This document shows positions 29,170-39,462 of a stretch of DNA of 64,000 nt, one piece after another. The notes below the pieces were generated by a model that made no database searches, was not told the origin of the DNA, and saw only the letters and a program-made list of their open reading frames with translations. Numbering within the stretch: the first letter of the stretch is position 1; every line of letters starts with the position of its first letter. The stretch comes from an uncultured Candidatus Binatia bacterium. GTDB lineage: Bacteria; Desulfobacterota; Binatia; Bin18. Position numbers and translations under genes: made by a program. The stretch is from the NCBI GenBank assembly GCA_965214605.1, contig OZ243961.1, forward strand, positions 2,464,001-2,528,000, in the 5' to 3' direction.

Positions 29170-30207
29170 TCATGTCTCCCTTGTCTCCTGGGCAGCAAGC
29201 TGTAGTAGCATGTCTTCGACCGCAAGCCGCGCGTTGGCGTTACGCTCCAACGCGGCTATCGTATCATAGACCAAGCTGAATTGTTGCAGGACCTCTTCTA
29301 TGCTCAAGTCTTGAGCTGTGTGGGTGATTGCGGGCAGGCAGTCTGCATAGCGTATCACACCGTCTTGGCCCAACAACACATAGCGCAGGCGTTCTTCGTA
29401 CCAGCTGAGGGCAAGTTCCAACCGATCTCCCCCGGCCGGCTGTTCGACCTGGTGTGTCTTGGCGCGGGGTTTCTTGCTACGGCTGGCCACCAGCCATTCG
29501 GCCAGACCCGACACTCGGCTAAACGGGGCACGCTCGAGCTGGCCCAGCTCTTCAATCAGGTATTGACGCTCTTCGGTGAAGACCTGGGCGTCAAGTGATA
29601 GGGCACGGCCGATGCTGCCCCGACTGTAGAGCGCCAGCAGATGCGCCTCGGCCGGCGGTGTGTCGTGCTCTTGGATTAGGAGTTCCTCGACCGTGGCCAG
29701 TGGCAGGGCGGTGAACCGCACCTGCTGGCAGCGGGACAGCAACGGTCGTGACAGGCTAGCTGCATTGACCGACAGCAGTATCAGCAGCGCAGCACCGAGC
29801 GGCTCTTCGACTATTTTGAGCAGGCTGCTCTGAGCCTGCGGCGTTAGCGCCTGGGCCTCCTCTACTACCCCGATTTTGTGATTGCCATGGGCTGACCGTA
29901 GGCCCAGAAAGTGCTGGAGATCGCGGACTTGATCGATGACTAGCGTCGTTTTGCCCACCCGTGGCCTGACCAGGCTCAGATCGGGATGGGTGCCGTTGGC
30001 AACCGCTCTACACGCCGCGCAACGTTCACAGCCGGTACCGGCCTGCTCGGTACACAACAGCGCTTGAGCCAGCGCCAAGGCGGTCTGCTTTTTGCCCACC
30101 CCAGACGGCCCAACAAAGAGATAGGTATGGGCCAGGCGGCCGGCCGCTAGCGCGTTGTGAAGCGTGCTCAGTGCGGCGGACTGGCCTCTAATCGTGGCGA
30201 ACGACAT
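29170..30207 (-). CDS. holB: DNA polymerase III delta-prime subunit
   Basis: LFVGPSGVGK, C..C..C zinc module, HPD, LLKIVEEP, SRCQ; follows tmk. Confidence 0.9.
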   Translation of the reverse strand: MSFATIRGQSAALSTLHNALAAGRLAHTYLFVGPSGVGKKQTALALAQALLCTEQAGTGCERCAACRAVANGTHPDLSLVRPRVGKTTLVIDQVRDLQHFLGLRSAHGNHKIGVVEEAQALTPQAQSSLLKIVEEPLGAALLILLSVNAASLSRPLLSRCQQVRFTALPLATVEELLIQEHDTPPAEAHLLALYSRGSIGRALSLDAQVFTEERQYLIEELGQLERAPFSRVSGLAEWLVASRSKKPRAKTHQVEQPAGGDRLELALSWYEERLRYVLLGQDGVIRYADCLPAITHTAQDLSIEEVLQQFSLVYDTIAALERNANARLAVEDMLLQLAAQETRET

Positions 30208-30263
30208 ACGGGCAAGGTAAAGACTAAAATATCAAACGTAAAGGGGAGTCTCCGGCCGTCATG

Positions 30264-30920
30264 TCACGTTTGCCGTTTGATGTCTACTGCTTGCCTCATC
30301 CGCTCCAGCGCGATCGACAAAATCTGTTGATGAATACGGTCCACCGGTCGATCGGCATCGATCATATACACCCGTTGGGGATGTTCCCGGGCGATGGCAA
30401 AAAAGCCGTCCCGTACACGCTGGTGGAAATCACGCGTCTGGGCTTCAAAGACGTCCGTCTGCGCTGTTCCTCGGTATTGACTTGCCCGCTGAAGACCGAC
30501 TGTTATAGATATATCGAGAATGAAAGTGAGAGCTGGCATACAGGCGTGACACACAAAACTGTTCAAGCGGTTCAGCAGAGTGGGTGGGAGACCTCGTCCA
30601 TGGCCCTGATAGGCGATCGTGGAATCCACAAAACGATCGGAGATCACGACCGTGCTGGCCTGCAGTTCGGGTAGGATGACTTCATGAACATGCTGAGCCC
30701 GATCCGCTAGCAGGAGCAACAGTTCTGCCTCCGCGATCAGCGGTGCTCCGTCGGGCTCTAATACCAGCCGGCGCACGACTTTTCCAACTTCGGTGCCGCC
30801 CGGCTCACGGGTGACAAGGACCTTGTGTCCTCGCTCCCGTAGTGCCTCGGCCAAGAGAGCGGCTTGGGTTGTCTTGCCACCGCCCTCAATCCCCTCGAAG
30901 GTGAGAAAGAATCCAGCCAT
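30264..30920 (-). CDS. tmk: Thymidylate kinase
   Basis: FEGIEGGGKTTQ, TREPGGT, DRFVDST.AYQG.GRG. Confidence 0.96.
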   Translation of the reverse strand: MAGFFLTFEGIEGGGKTTQAALLAEALRERGHKVLVTREPGGTEVGKVVRRLVLEPDGAPLIAEAELLLLLADRAQHVHEVILPELQASTVVISDRFVDSTIAYQGHGRGLPPTLLNRLNSFVCHACMPALTFILDISITVGLQRASQYRGTAQTDVFEAQTRDFHQRVRDGFFAIAREHPQRVYMIDADRPVDRIHQQILSIALERMRQAVDIKRQT

Positions 30921-30986
30921 AACTCTCCTCACTCCGCATCTGTATCGCAGAGCATAGCGAAAATCGGCCCCGGACTCCAGCGGCGC

Positions 30987-32822
30987 TTAGACCTCCAAAC
31001 CGACCGAACGCATCAGCGCCAGCGCGTTGCTCTTAGTAGTAACGCCCGGGCGGATACGGTAGTCAAAACGTAGCTGGCCGTCCTCAAAACAATCTTCAAA
31101 ACACACGTTTGCGGCCTGGGGCGTTAGGGTGTTGGCTATATCGGCTAGCGCTAGATCATGGGTGGTCACTAGGCCGATCGCGTTGCGTTCGAGTAGGCTG
31201 CGGACCAGAGCTTCTGCACCGCTGCGCCGGTCATGTGAATTTGTGCCGTGTAAAAGCTCGTCCAGCAGAAACAGGACCGGAACGTCTGTCCGGGTGAGAT
31301 CCATAATCTGACTCAGCCGCATAATTTCTGCGTAGAAGCGCGAACTGCCGGCCTGCAGTGAGTCTTGAATGCGCAGGGTTGCACCTGGCATCAGCGGCGA
31401 CAGGCGCAGAGACTGAGCGCGGACTGGCGCGCCAGCCAGAGCTAAAATCGCATTAGTCCCGACCGTTCTAAGCAAGGTGCTCTTGCCCGACATGTTCGAG
31501 CCGCTCACGACGAGCACCCGGAGTGGATCCCCTAGCCGCACATCATTCCTGACACAGCTGTCCTCGGGTAGGAGCGGATGACCTAACCGCGTACCTTCGA
31601 AGTACGGTCCTGTTGGAATAATGTCTGGAAACGGGTCGGCAGGATGCTCGTAAGCATAGCTGGCCAAGGCGGATAAGGCTTCAAACTCTCCAACCACCGT
31701 CAACCACGCCGCAATAGCCTGGCCGGAAGTTCTGCGCCAGGCTTCAATCGCCAGCCCCATCTGGGTAGTCCACAGCAAGAGCGATGCGAGTGGAGCAAAA
31801 AACTGATTTTTGCGCGATTCGAGTAGAGCAACAAGCCGTTGGAACTGAGCAATCTGGCGGGATGGAGGTCGCACGCCGCTCGCCAGTCGGTTTTGCAGCG
31901 TTCTTAGGCGTGGACTGCTAAATTGCTGGTTTTCAAGGCAGGCTAGGATATCGGATAGCACCGATAAGTCGTGGAGCAAACGTTCAATACCAGCCACAGA
32001 CCGCTTGATCCGAGGCCGTAGTCCAAGTGCATACGCCCCCGCCAGGCTGGCCGCAATGAGAAAAGGGAGGGTGTCAAAATACGCCAGCTGCCAGCCTAGC
32101 AGACACACGACCGAGCCGGTCGCCAGAGCTGCGGCCAGCACACGCGCCTGAGGCAAGTATGATAGGCTCGCGCTCTGCCCCTCATTTTCCTGCCCGGCAA
32201 TCTTGATAAATAGATCCGGATCAATACTGGCTCGCACATCTGCGCCACGCAGAACCAGCTCTTCGCGTAAGTCGAGTTTAGGCCGGAGTTCCTCAACCGC
32301 GGCTTGGCGAGCCTGAATTTCCTGTGGCTGTGCTGGCGTCTGCAACCATAGTGCCAGCATACGCTCTCCGCCACGCGTCCGGGCCGTACACAACAGCTCG
32401 AACACGGACCCTGGTCCAAACAGGTCGAGGTCTGCCGCGTACGGATGGCCCTCCTCAATGAAGTCAAAACCGGCCTCCCCGTTACCTACCCAGCGGTCCT
32501 CTAATCGTGCCAAGCCCCTATCATAGAAGACGACGCTCCGTTCTGCCAAACGCAGACGACGCCTGAGCTGTTCGTGTACCATGACAAGCCCGACAAACAG
32601 GAGGCCAGGCCCGATCAACCACCACCACGATAGCAGACCTGGGCGACACACGAACCACGCTACACCAGTACCCGCAAGAAACACACCGAGACGCGTCGTG
32701 CCTGTCCGTCGGTCATAAGTAGTCAAGCGTTCGACGACCATCCGCCGAGCACGCAGGCGGCGGGTATACTCCGTGTGTGCCTGAACAGAAGCGTGCGGGA
32801 AGGGTGCGTCTTTCACGACCAC
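30987..32822 (-). CDS. MutS-related protein (membrane segments plus MutS domain V ATPase only)
   Basis: HPYAADLDLFG, SGSNMSGKST, SRFYAEI, LDELLHGTNS, TTHDL. Confidence 0.88.
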   Translation of the reverse strand: MVVKDAPFPHASVQAHTEYTRRLRARRMVVERLTTYDRRTGTTRLGVFLAGTGVAWFVCRPGLLSWWWLIGPGLLFVGLVMVHEQLRRRLRLAERSVVFYDRGLARLEDRWVGNGEAGFDFIEEGHPYAADLDLFGPGSVFELLCTARTRGGERMLALWLQTPAQPQEIQARQAAVEELRPKLDLREELVLRGADVRASIDPDLFIKIAGQENEGQSASLSYLPQARVLAAALATGSVVCLLGWQLAYFDTLPFLIAASLAGAYALGLRPRIKRSVAGIERLLHDLSVLSDILACLENQQFSSPRLRTLQNRLASGVRPPSRQIAQFQRLVALLESRKNQFFAPLASLLLWTTQMGLAIEAWRRTSGQAIAAWLTVVGEFEALSALASYAYEHPADPFPDIIPTGPYFEGTRLGHPLLPEDSCVRNDVRLGDPLRVLVVSGSNMSGKSTLLRTVGTNAILALAGAPVRAQSLRLSPLMPGATLRIQDSLQAGSSRFYAEIMRLSQIMDLTRTDVPVLFLLDELLHGTNSHDRRSGAEALVRSLLERNAIGLVTTHDLALADIANTLTPQAANVCFEDCFEDGQLRFDYRIRPGVTTKSNALALMRSVGLEV

Positions 32823-32871
32823 CTCTCACTGAACAGATTGCAAAAATGATGGCTGAACACCGCCCGGTTGT

Positions 32872-33660
32872 CTAGCGTAAGACATCAAGATACCACTCAA
32901 TGAGCGACTCTCCAAAAAAGACATAACCGAGCGCACCAAAAGCTAGAAACGGACCGAAAGGCAGGGCGAGCTTAGTGTCACTGCGCTGGAGAATCATCGC
33001 ACCGAGCCCGACTACCGAACCGAGGAATGACGCCAACAGCAGGGTAAACGGGACCGCTCGCCAGCCCAGGAAGGCTCCGATCATGGCTAACAGTTTCACA
33101 TCACCGCCTCCCATACCCTGTCTACCAGTCAGCACCTGATATCCGAAGGCGATGGCGAATAAAATACCGGCGCCAAGCGCCGCCCCAATCATCGCGCTTT
33201 GCCAGCCGACAGCGGGATTGAATCCAGAAAAGAGAACTCCCAACACCACGCCGGGCAGGCTGATCACGTCTGGAATGACCTGGTGGTCCAGATCGATAAA
33301 GCTAACGACCACAAGAATTGCGCTTAACACAAAAAAACCCAGGCCGAGCAGGCTCAGCCCAAAGTGATAGACAATCAGGACGCTCAGCAGCCCGGTCAGG
33401 GCCTCGACAAAGAAGTAACGGAAGGAAAACCTTGCCCCACATGTCCGACACCGACCGCCCAGTATCATATAGCTCACGAGTGGAAGATTGTCGTACCAGG
33501 CCAGTTGGCTTGAACAGCTCAAACAGTGCGACCTAGGAGAGATCACCGACCGCCCAAGAGGAACGCGGTAGAGGCACACATTCAAAAAACTGCCAACGCA
33601 CGTGCCGCATACAAAAGCCGAGACTATGAGGAATGGGGCGGGAAGTTCGTTCAATAACAA
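32872..33660 (-). CDS. pilD: Prepilin peptidase (A24)
   Basis: GSFLNV, PRSHC..C, GRCRTC, FIDLDH, GMGGGDVKL, PFGPFL. Confidence 0.93.
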   Translation of the reverse strand: MLLNELPAPFLIVSAFVCGTCVGSFLNVCLYRVPLGRSVISPRSHCLSCSSQLAWYDNLPLVSYMILGGRCRTCGARFSFRYFFVEALTGLLSVLIVYHFGLSLLGLGFFVLSAILVVVSFIDLDHQVIPDVISLPGVVLGVLFSGFNPAVGWQSAMIGAALGAGILFAIAFGYQVLTGRQGMGGGDVKLLAMIGAFLGWRAVPFTLLLASFLGSVVGLGAMILQRSDTKLALPFGPFLAFGALGYVFFGESLIEWYLDVLR

Positions 33661-33714
33661 GACAGACTCTCAGACAACTTGGAGCAGGGGGAAGAGTGGG
33701 AGGCTCACTTTATT

Positions 33715-34830
33715 CTATTCGGATCCGACCGGCAAGGTTGATGATAATCCGAGGGGGCGTTTCTGCCCCATCTGCGTCGAGGGGCAGTACCATCCCAGCG
33801 TCAACGTGGCGCGTCGAGCAAAAATCACGTCTCCTCGTGAGTTGATCGCAGCTATCCGCCCATCCTGAAGGAGAAGAAGGGTAGCTTCTGGCGCTCGTAC
33901 AACTATGGAGGCGCTGGCGGCCCCAAGACCCCGCTTGCGCTGCCTCAACAATGATGATCTTCGGTTCATCGAGCGTGCTGCAGGATGGGTCCCCGTCATG
34001 AGCGATGAACGCAGAAAGAACGTTTCCTCATCGCGCAAGATGTCATGGAGGGGATTGCGTTGGCTAGGGTTGCGCATCAGCAGAACCGTTCACGGAGCAC
34101 AAGGGCCGTGCTCCCGGAGCGCGGGCGGAGTGGGACAATAGATCGAGGTTGAGAAAACAGCCTGGCTCGTTGGCCCCACATACGCCGACGCCAAAACAGA
34201 GCAGGTTGTCCGAATCGCAGGACCTGAATAAAATTGACGTACTCCTCCCCCAGTGTCGGCCCGGCAGAGGCTGGCGGCTCTCTATTCAACGCTCCCGTGT
34301 TTAAGACAACCGAGGGCACTCTCTAGCCCACTATGGGGGCAAAGGAGGGGATGGGAGCTGACAGACCGTCGGCCATCGGAGCCGTGATTTCTAACCGAGG
34401 TCTAGAATATGCTGACCGCTGCCTACACTGTTGTCGTCAAAATCCGTGTGGAACCCGCAAACGCCTAGGGACCTCCGCGTTGCCCGCAGCGCGGCTCCTC
34501 GCATCAGAGAAAATACCGGCGATAGTCAGGGCAACGAATGATTCGACCAAGCTGACCCTGGGCTGACTCTCCCTGTTCACATTGAACAGGGTGGCCGGCG
34601 AAATCGTGTGGACTACGGGCCGAGGCACGAAACGTGCCTCGGCCTAAGGGGCGCTGTTGGAAGGCTCATTGATAACCACACTCCAGGTCCTGCAGCTGGG
34701 CCGGCGTTTACCCTCAGCATGTTGCTAAGGCTGACTGAAAGGCTGAAGGCGAGCCGGAAGAAAGCAGGACGGCCACCAGGACTTCGATAAGCGAAAAGCC
34801 GGCCGCGGGGCTTATGTAGCTGCCCCTAGA
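33715..34830 (-). pseudogene. Decayed type IV minor pilin cluster (PilV/PilW/PilX/FimT-like remnants)
   Basis: AGFSLIEVLVAVL near 34800, RVSLVESFVALTIAGI near 34550, VLLMRN near 34080, INSRG near 33840; none in an intact ORF; directly upstream of pilD. Confidence 0.6.
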
Positions 34831-34855
34831 GCGGGATTGTGTTAGCAAACCGCGA

Positions 34856-36691
34856 TCAGTCTTTCTTCACTCTGATTTCTTTGAGCGCTGCGGTCAGGAG
34901 CGGTACCACCTCGGCATAATCCCCAACAATTCCGATGTCAGCGTTATGGAACATCGGGGCTTTTTGATTCTTGTTAATGGCAACCACCGTGCCGGCTCTA
35001 CGAATACCCACCGTATGCTCAAAGGCGCCACGGATGCCGATCGAGAAATACAGCTTGGGAGAAATCGCCCGTCCGGTCAGGCCGACCTGGTGCTGCCTGG
35101 GCAGCCAGCCCATATCGGCAATATCACGGGTTGCGGCCAGCGGCGCCCCACCCAAGGCTACGGCCAGCTCTTCAATCACCGGCAGGTTCTCCGGCCCCTG
35201 AATGCCTTTGCCAACACCGATCGTAATCTCGGCTGAATCCAGCTCCGCAGCCTTGCCAGCCTCTGCCCCTGTTTGCGACACTAGCCGTACTCGGCTGGGT
35301 ATTACTTCTTCTGGTTGGATCAGCTCAATGCGGGCCTGGTGGGCTGGGTTGGCCTTGGCCTTTTTTAACATACCGGGTCGAACGGTCGCCATCTCAGGTC
35401 TGGTTTTGGACAGAATCGGAGCGACGACGTTGCCGCCAAAGGCGGGCTTATACTGCAGCAGTTGGCCCTGATCGTTGACAGCCAGATCAACGCAGTCCCC
35501 GGTCAGGCCGAGGGCTAAACGGGCGGCCACTCGCGGGGCGAGGTCACGGCCGATAGCGGTTGAGCCGAGCAACACAACGCCGGGATTGTAGGTCTGAATG
35601 GTGGTGCTTAGCAGGGCACTATAATCGTCGGTCATATATGTAGCCAGGTGTTTGTGGTCGGCCACATACACCACATCCGCCCCATGAACGGCCAGGGTCG
35701 CCGTGTGATGATCCACCCCGCTGCCGGCCAGCAGTACGCCGACCTCGCCGGTATATCTTTCGGCTAGTTCGTTCGCCTTGCCCAGCAGCTCAAGCGTAAC
35801 CGGACGCAGTGTGTCACCAAAGGTTTCGGCAACAACCCAGACAGATTTTCCGTCGCCCGGCCGGCGTTTTTGCGGTTCGCCATTACCCGTTCCGTCGTCA
35901 TCCGCCCAGGTGCCAAACAGGCCACGCTCCAGCAAGAAGTCGACAAGCGTGTTGACCTGGTCCGACAGCTCGCCCTCCAGCACTCTTTTCTCACGGATAT
36001 CTTCAACCGCTTCGATCGACTCGACCCAGGTCGGTGAGCCCGAGGCACCAAAGATAGACAGGTCTGAGGACAATTCGGTGGCGGTTACGGTTTGAATAGG
36101 TTTTTCCTTGGCCGCTTCCCGCTCAGCCCTTTTTGGAAAGCGTTCGGGCGCTAAGTCTTCGGTGGCAGACACAAGCGCTGGCAAGGAACATTCAACCGTT
36201 TCAAAGCCCCTATCAGTCTCTCGCTCTGCGCTCAAGGTGCGTCCGTTGATGCTGAGGGTGCGGGTAGCAGTGATCTGCGGAATATCGAGTAGCTCTGCCA
36301 CCTCGGGCCCAACTTGGCCGGTCTCGGCGTCGGTGCTGTGACGGCCGCACAGGATCAAGTCATAGCCCTCGCGTTTAAGGGCTAGGGCCAGGGCTCGTGC
36401 CGTGGCCAGCGTATCTGAGCCGGCAAAGGCACGGTCGGTGATATGCACCCCACGGTCTGCGCCGAGGGCCAGGCAGTGCTGGAGGGCGTTGCTCGCCTGA
36501 GGAGGTCCTAGGGTCATAGCTACCACTTCTCCACCCTTGGCCTCGCACAACTCGACGGCCTTGAGTAGAGCTCGAATATCGAACGAGCTGACTTCGGAAC
36601 GAACGCCTTCACGCTGTAGTGTCTTAGTCTTGGGATCAAGTTTCATTTCCGAAACCATAGGGACTTGTTTAATCAATACAACGGTTTTCAT
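34856..36691 (-). CDS. Fused electron transfer flavoprotein beta-alpha
   Basis: N-terminal IKQVP, AGSDTLAT, DAETGQVG (beta); C-terminal GLTGDC, PAFGG, TVRPG, QVGLTG, GIRGAFEH, AINKN..APMF (alpha). Confidence 0.92.
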   Translation of the reverse strand: MKTVVLIKQVPMVSEMKLDPKTKTLQREGVRSEVSSFDIRALLKAVELCEAKGGEVVAMTLGPPQASNALQHCLALGADRGVHITDRAFAGSDTLATARALALALKREGYDLILCGRHSTDAETGQVGPEVAELLDIPQITATRTLSINGRTLSAERETDRGFETVECSLPALVSATEDLAPERFPKRAEREAAKEKPIQTVTATELSSDLSIFGASGSPTWVESIEAVEDIREKRVLEGELSDQVNTLVDFLLERGLFGTWADDDGTGNGEPQKRRPGDGKSVWVVAETFGDTLRPVTLELLGKANELAERYTGEVGVLLAGSGVDHHTATLAVHGADVVYVADHKHLATYMTDDYSALLSTTIQTYNPGVVLLGSTAIGRDLAPRVAARLALGLTGDCVDLAVNDQGQLLQYKPAFGGNVVAPILSKTRPEMATVRPGMLKKAKANPAHQARIELIQPEEVIPSRVRLVSQTGAEAGKAAELDSAEITIGVGKGIQGPENLPVIEELAVALGGAPLAATRDIADMGWLPRQHQVGLTGRAISPKLYFSIGIRGAFEHTVGIRRAGTVVAINKNQKAPMFHNADIGIVGDYAEVVPLLTAALKEIRVKKD

Positions 36692-36807
36692 CTAGCGCAC
36701 GCTCCTTTGTGAGCGGGAGACTATCGTGCTTCGTGCTGGGACGTCAACCGCTTGGGCGGACGGTGTAGGAGTCGATCAACGTGCCGTGCGGATTAAACAG
36801 GAAGGCG

Positions 36808-37900
36808 CTAGGGCCCAGCTTCTAGCCCGGTGAAAGCGATGCAGACCGTCTCAGACGCTGTTCCGACCGCCGTCTGACAGTAGGAAGGTGTAACCGGGCC
36901 GTGGGCGGGGGCTGGAGAAAACCGAGGAATTGTTTTGGTCGTCCTGTATGGCAAGGTCGGCCAACTCGACCGGTTGGGGACTGATGTTGCGGATGCGAAT
37001 ATACTCGCTGTTTGGGCCGGTCCTGTCGTTGCCCGGAGCATCGGTGCGTACCAGGGTAATTGTCAGCGGTCTCTTTACGCTCTGCCGCAGGCCCTCCTGG
37101 CCTGCGGTCTGGGCATTACGCTGCAAGCACGGCCAGTCGTCCGCTTGCTCAAGCGGGTAATAGGAATAAAGAGGTACGCTCAGCCGGAACGAAGGAGGCG
37201 GGTATTGACCAGGCTGTCATTGACATACACATAGTCTGGCAGACGTCGATAGCGGTCCAACTCGGGTCTGACAACCATCCCCTGGACCTGTTTGCCGAGT
37301 GCCAGCTGTTCCTTGCAGCGTTTGGACCCGCTCGACAAACGGTTGATCGTATTCTTCAGTATTCAGCCCGAAATAGCGAACGGTCCGCCCCTTGCTGAGT
37401 CGGATCGTATCCCCGCCAAGGACTGGCGGCTATCCGCCCGGAGTGACCGGGCCGGTGACCGGAGTAGTGGGGCCGATGACGAAATTCTGCCGTGCCTATT
37501 GCCACCGCACCGCAACATCCGTTCCAAGCTCGGGGAGATCGTCCAGGACAAACTGCTGGCGTTGCGTACAAACTCAATCCAAAGTAATCACTGTGATCGG
37601 TGCATCGACGAACTCCTCCCCGTCAGCCGCTGTCGCCCAATAGATTCCAGTTTATCAACAATCCAAAGCCGTTGTTGTTGTCATTCTGACGTATGTCTCG
37701 GGTACTACCCCTGAGGAGTCCCATAGGCAGCTCGCAAGGGATTGGACATCATCAAAAATAATCCCAATGGAACTGGCCTCACACACCCAGCCGGAAATCA
37801 GCCCGGTGCCACTCTGAAAAGAGTCGGACTGAAGATTTTCCAGGGAAGCTTGGGCCCAGGGGGGAGAGGAAAGGCAGTGAGGATGAATACGGCTCACAGC
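36808..37900 (-). pseudogene. Degraded secreted protein: N-terminal surface domain, thermonuclease (SNase) and lamin-tail domain
   Basis: LENLQSDSFQSGTGLISGWVCEA..NGFGLLINWNLLGD; GDTIRL..VRYFGLNT..DRYRRL..VYVNDSLVN; NSEYIRIRN..VELADLAIQD; many frameshifts and stops. Confidence 0.65.
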
Positions 37901-37961
37901 CACGGGAGAGTAGCCAGCGGGGAGTGATGAGGGTTTCTGCTGATACGCCCGTTCCTGTCGG

Positions 37962-39125
37962 CTAGCGCAGAGACCGGAAAAATTCCCGCACGTCATCGAC
38001 CAGCAGTTGGGGCTCTTCCATGGCGGCGAAGTGGCCGCCCGAGGGCATCAGGGTCCAACGTTTGAGGTTGTAATACTCTTCCGCCCACTTGCGCGGCATA
38101 AGAATGACTTCTTTCTGGAATACGGCCACGCCCATCGGGCTTTCAACCACCGGCCTACGATTGTGGGAGGGCTGCCAGGGGTTATGCGTTGCCTCGTAGT
38201 AGTAGCGGGCCGAGGTACCAAAACTCTGGGTGATCCAGTAGATCATGACAGTGGTAAGTAGGTCATCTTTGCTAAAGCGTTTTTCCACCTCGCCGTTGCA
38301 ATCGCTCCAGGTCCGGCGTTTTTCTACAATCCAGGAACACAGCCCCACCGGCGAATCGTTCAGAGCAAAGGCCAGGGTCTGGGGTTTTGTCGTCTGCAAG
38401 GCCGAATAGCCGCTCTCAGCTGTGAAAAAATGATTGTTTTTTTCATACCAGTCCTCTTCGCCCGGCCCATACAGAGATTCATCGGGCAGGCTATCGATAA
38501 AAACGGATAGCGGGGCCATGAGGTTGACGTGGGTCCCAATCAGTTTGTCGGCATACTTATGGCCGAGTTGGGCTGTAATAATCGCCCCCCAATCACCCCC
38601 CTGGGCAGCGAACTTTTCGTAGCCGAGCACGTTTTGCATGAGATCGACCCACAGGTCGGCGGTACGCCAGAAATTGATGCCGGTGGTTATCAGCGGTGTG
38701 GAAAAACCATAGCCGGGTAGCGAGGGAACCACCACGTCAAAGGCATCGGCTGGATCTCCGCCAAACGCGGCTGGGTCGCTGAGCGGCCGAATGACTTTGT
38801 GAAAGTCCCAAAAGGTCCACGGCCAGCCATGGCTCAAAATTAGCGGGAGCGGATTGGGGCCTTTTCCAGGCTCATGAATGAAATGGATCGGAATGCCGTC
38901 AATCGTTGTCTTGTAGTTGGCAAAGGCGTTCATCTCCCGCTCGTGTTTGCGCCAGTCGTAGTCTTTCCGCCAGTAAGCGATGAGTTCTTGTAAGTAGTCC
39001 CCATTGGTCCCATACTCCCAACGGGGATTGGCAAAGTCTTGGGCCAAACGGGCTTTGTCGAGCCGTACGTGGAGGTCGGTCAAGATGTCTTGTGGCACAT
39101 CAATGGTGAAAGTTTCTTTTTGCAC
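37962..39125 (-). CDS. Epoxide hydrolase (microsomal-type, EHN domain)
   Basis: HGWP, PSLPGYGFS, GGDWGA nucleophile, DSPVGL..WI.EK, GGHFAAME. Confidence 0.93.
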   Translation of the reverse strand: MQKETFTIDVPQDILTDLHVRLDKARLAQDFANPRWEYGTNGDYLQELIAYWRKDYDWRKHEREMNAFANYKTTIDGIPIHFIHEPGKGPNPLPLILSHGWPWTFWDFHKVIRPLSDPAAFGGDPADAFDVVVPSLPGYGFSTPLITTGINFWRTADLWVDLMQNVLGYEKFAAQGGDWGAIITAQLGHKYADKLIGTHVNLMAPLSVFIDSLPDESLYGPGEEDWYEKNNHFFTAESGYSALQTTKPQTLAFALNDSPVGLCSWIVEKRRTWSDCNGEVEKRFSKDDLLTTVMIYWITQSFGTSARYYYEATHNPWQPSHNRRPVVESPMGVAVFQKEVILMPRKWAEEYYNLKRWTLMPSGGHFAAMEEPQLLVDDVREFFRSLR

Positions 39126-39135
39126 GGTGCCCTCC

Positions 39136-39462
39136 TTATTCGTCCGTTGTGTTCAGCAGCTGAGCTGGAACACAAATCTGCTTTTCCTCCAGGAGCTTTT
39201 CAAACGCGGCTAGCCAGCTCTCGTAGTAAGGCTGGGGGGAACCCGTTGGGCACGATTTTTCGGCCTGTTCTACCATGCTGATCTCGGCGATTAAATGCTC
39301 GCGAAATTCATCCCACGAATAGTAGCCCTGCTCGCACAGCGACACGGCCAGGGCAAACACCCGACGCTCCCACTGATCGTGGAACACGAGCTCGCCGCTG
39401 CGGCGGGGCAGCGAAGCGTGGCCGGGCATTTCGGCGATTACCGGTTTGGCGGTTCTGTTCAT
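39136..39462 (-). CDS. Nitrile hydratase accessory protein
   Basis: [39 protein letters not shown]. Confidence 0.88.
   Translation of the reverse strand: MNRTAKPVIAEMPGHASLPRRSGELVFHDQWERRVFALAVSLCEQGYYSWDEFREHLIAEISMVEQAEKSCPTGSPQPYYESWLAAFEKLLEEKQICVPAQLLNTTDE

Noticed and set aside
34080-34330. Possible 6S RNA or c-di-GMP riboswitch
   Set aside because: No convincing consensus; better explained as minor pilin remnants
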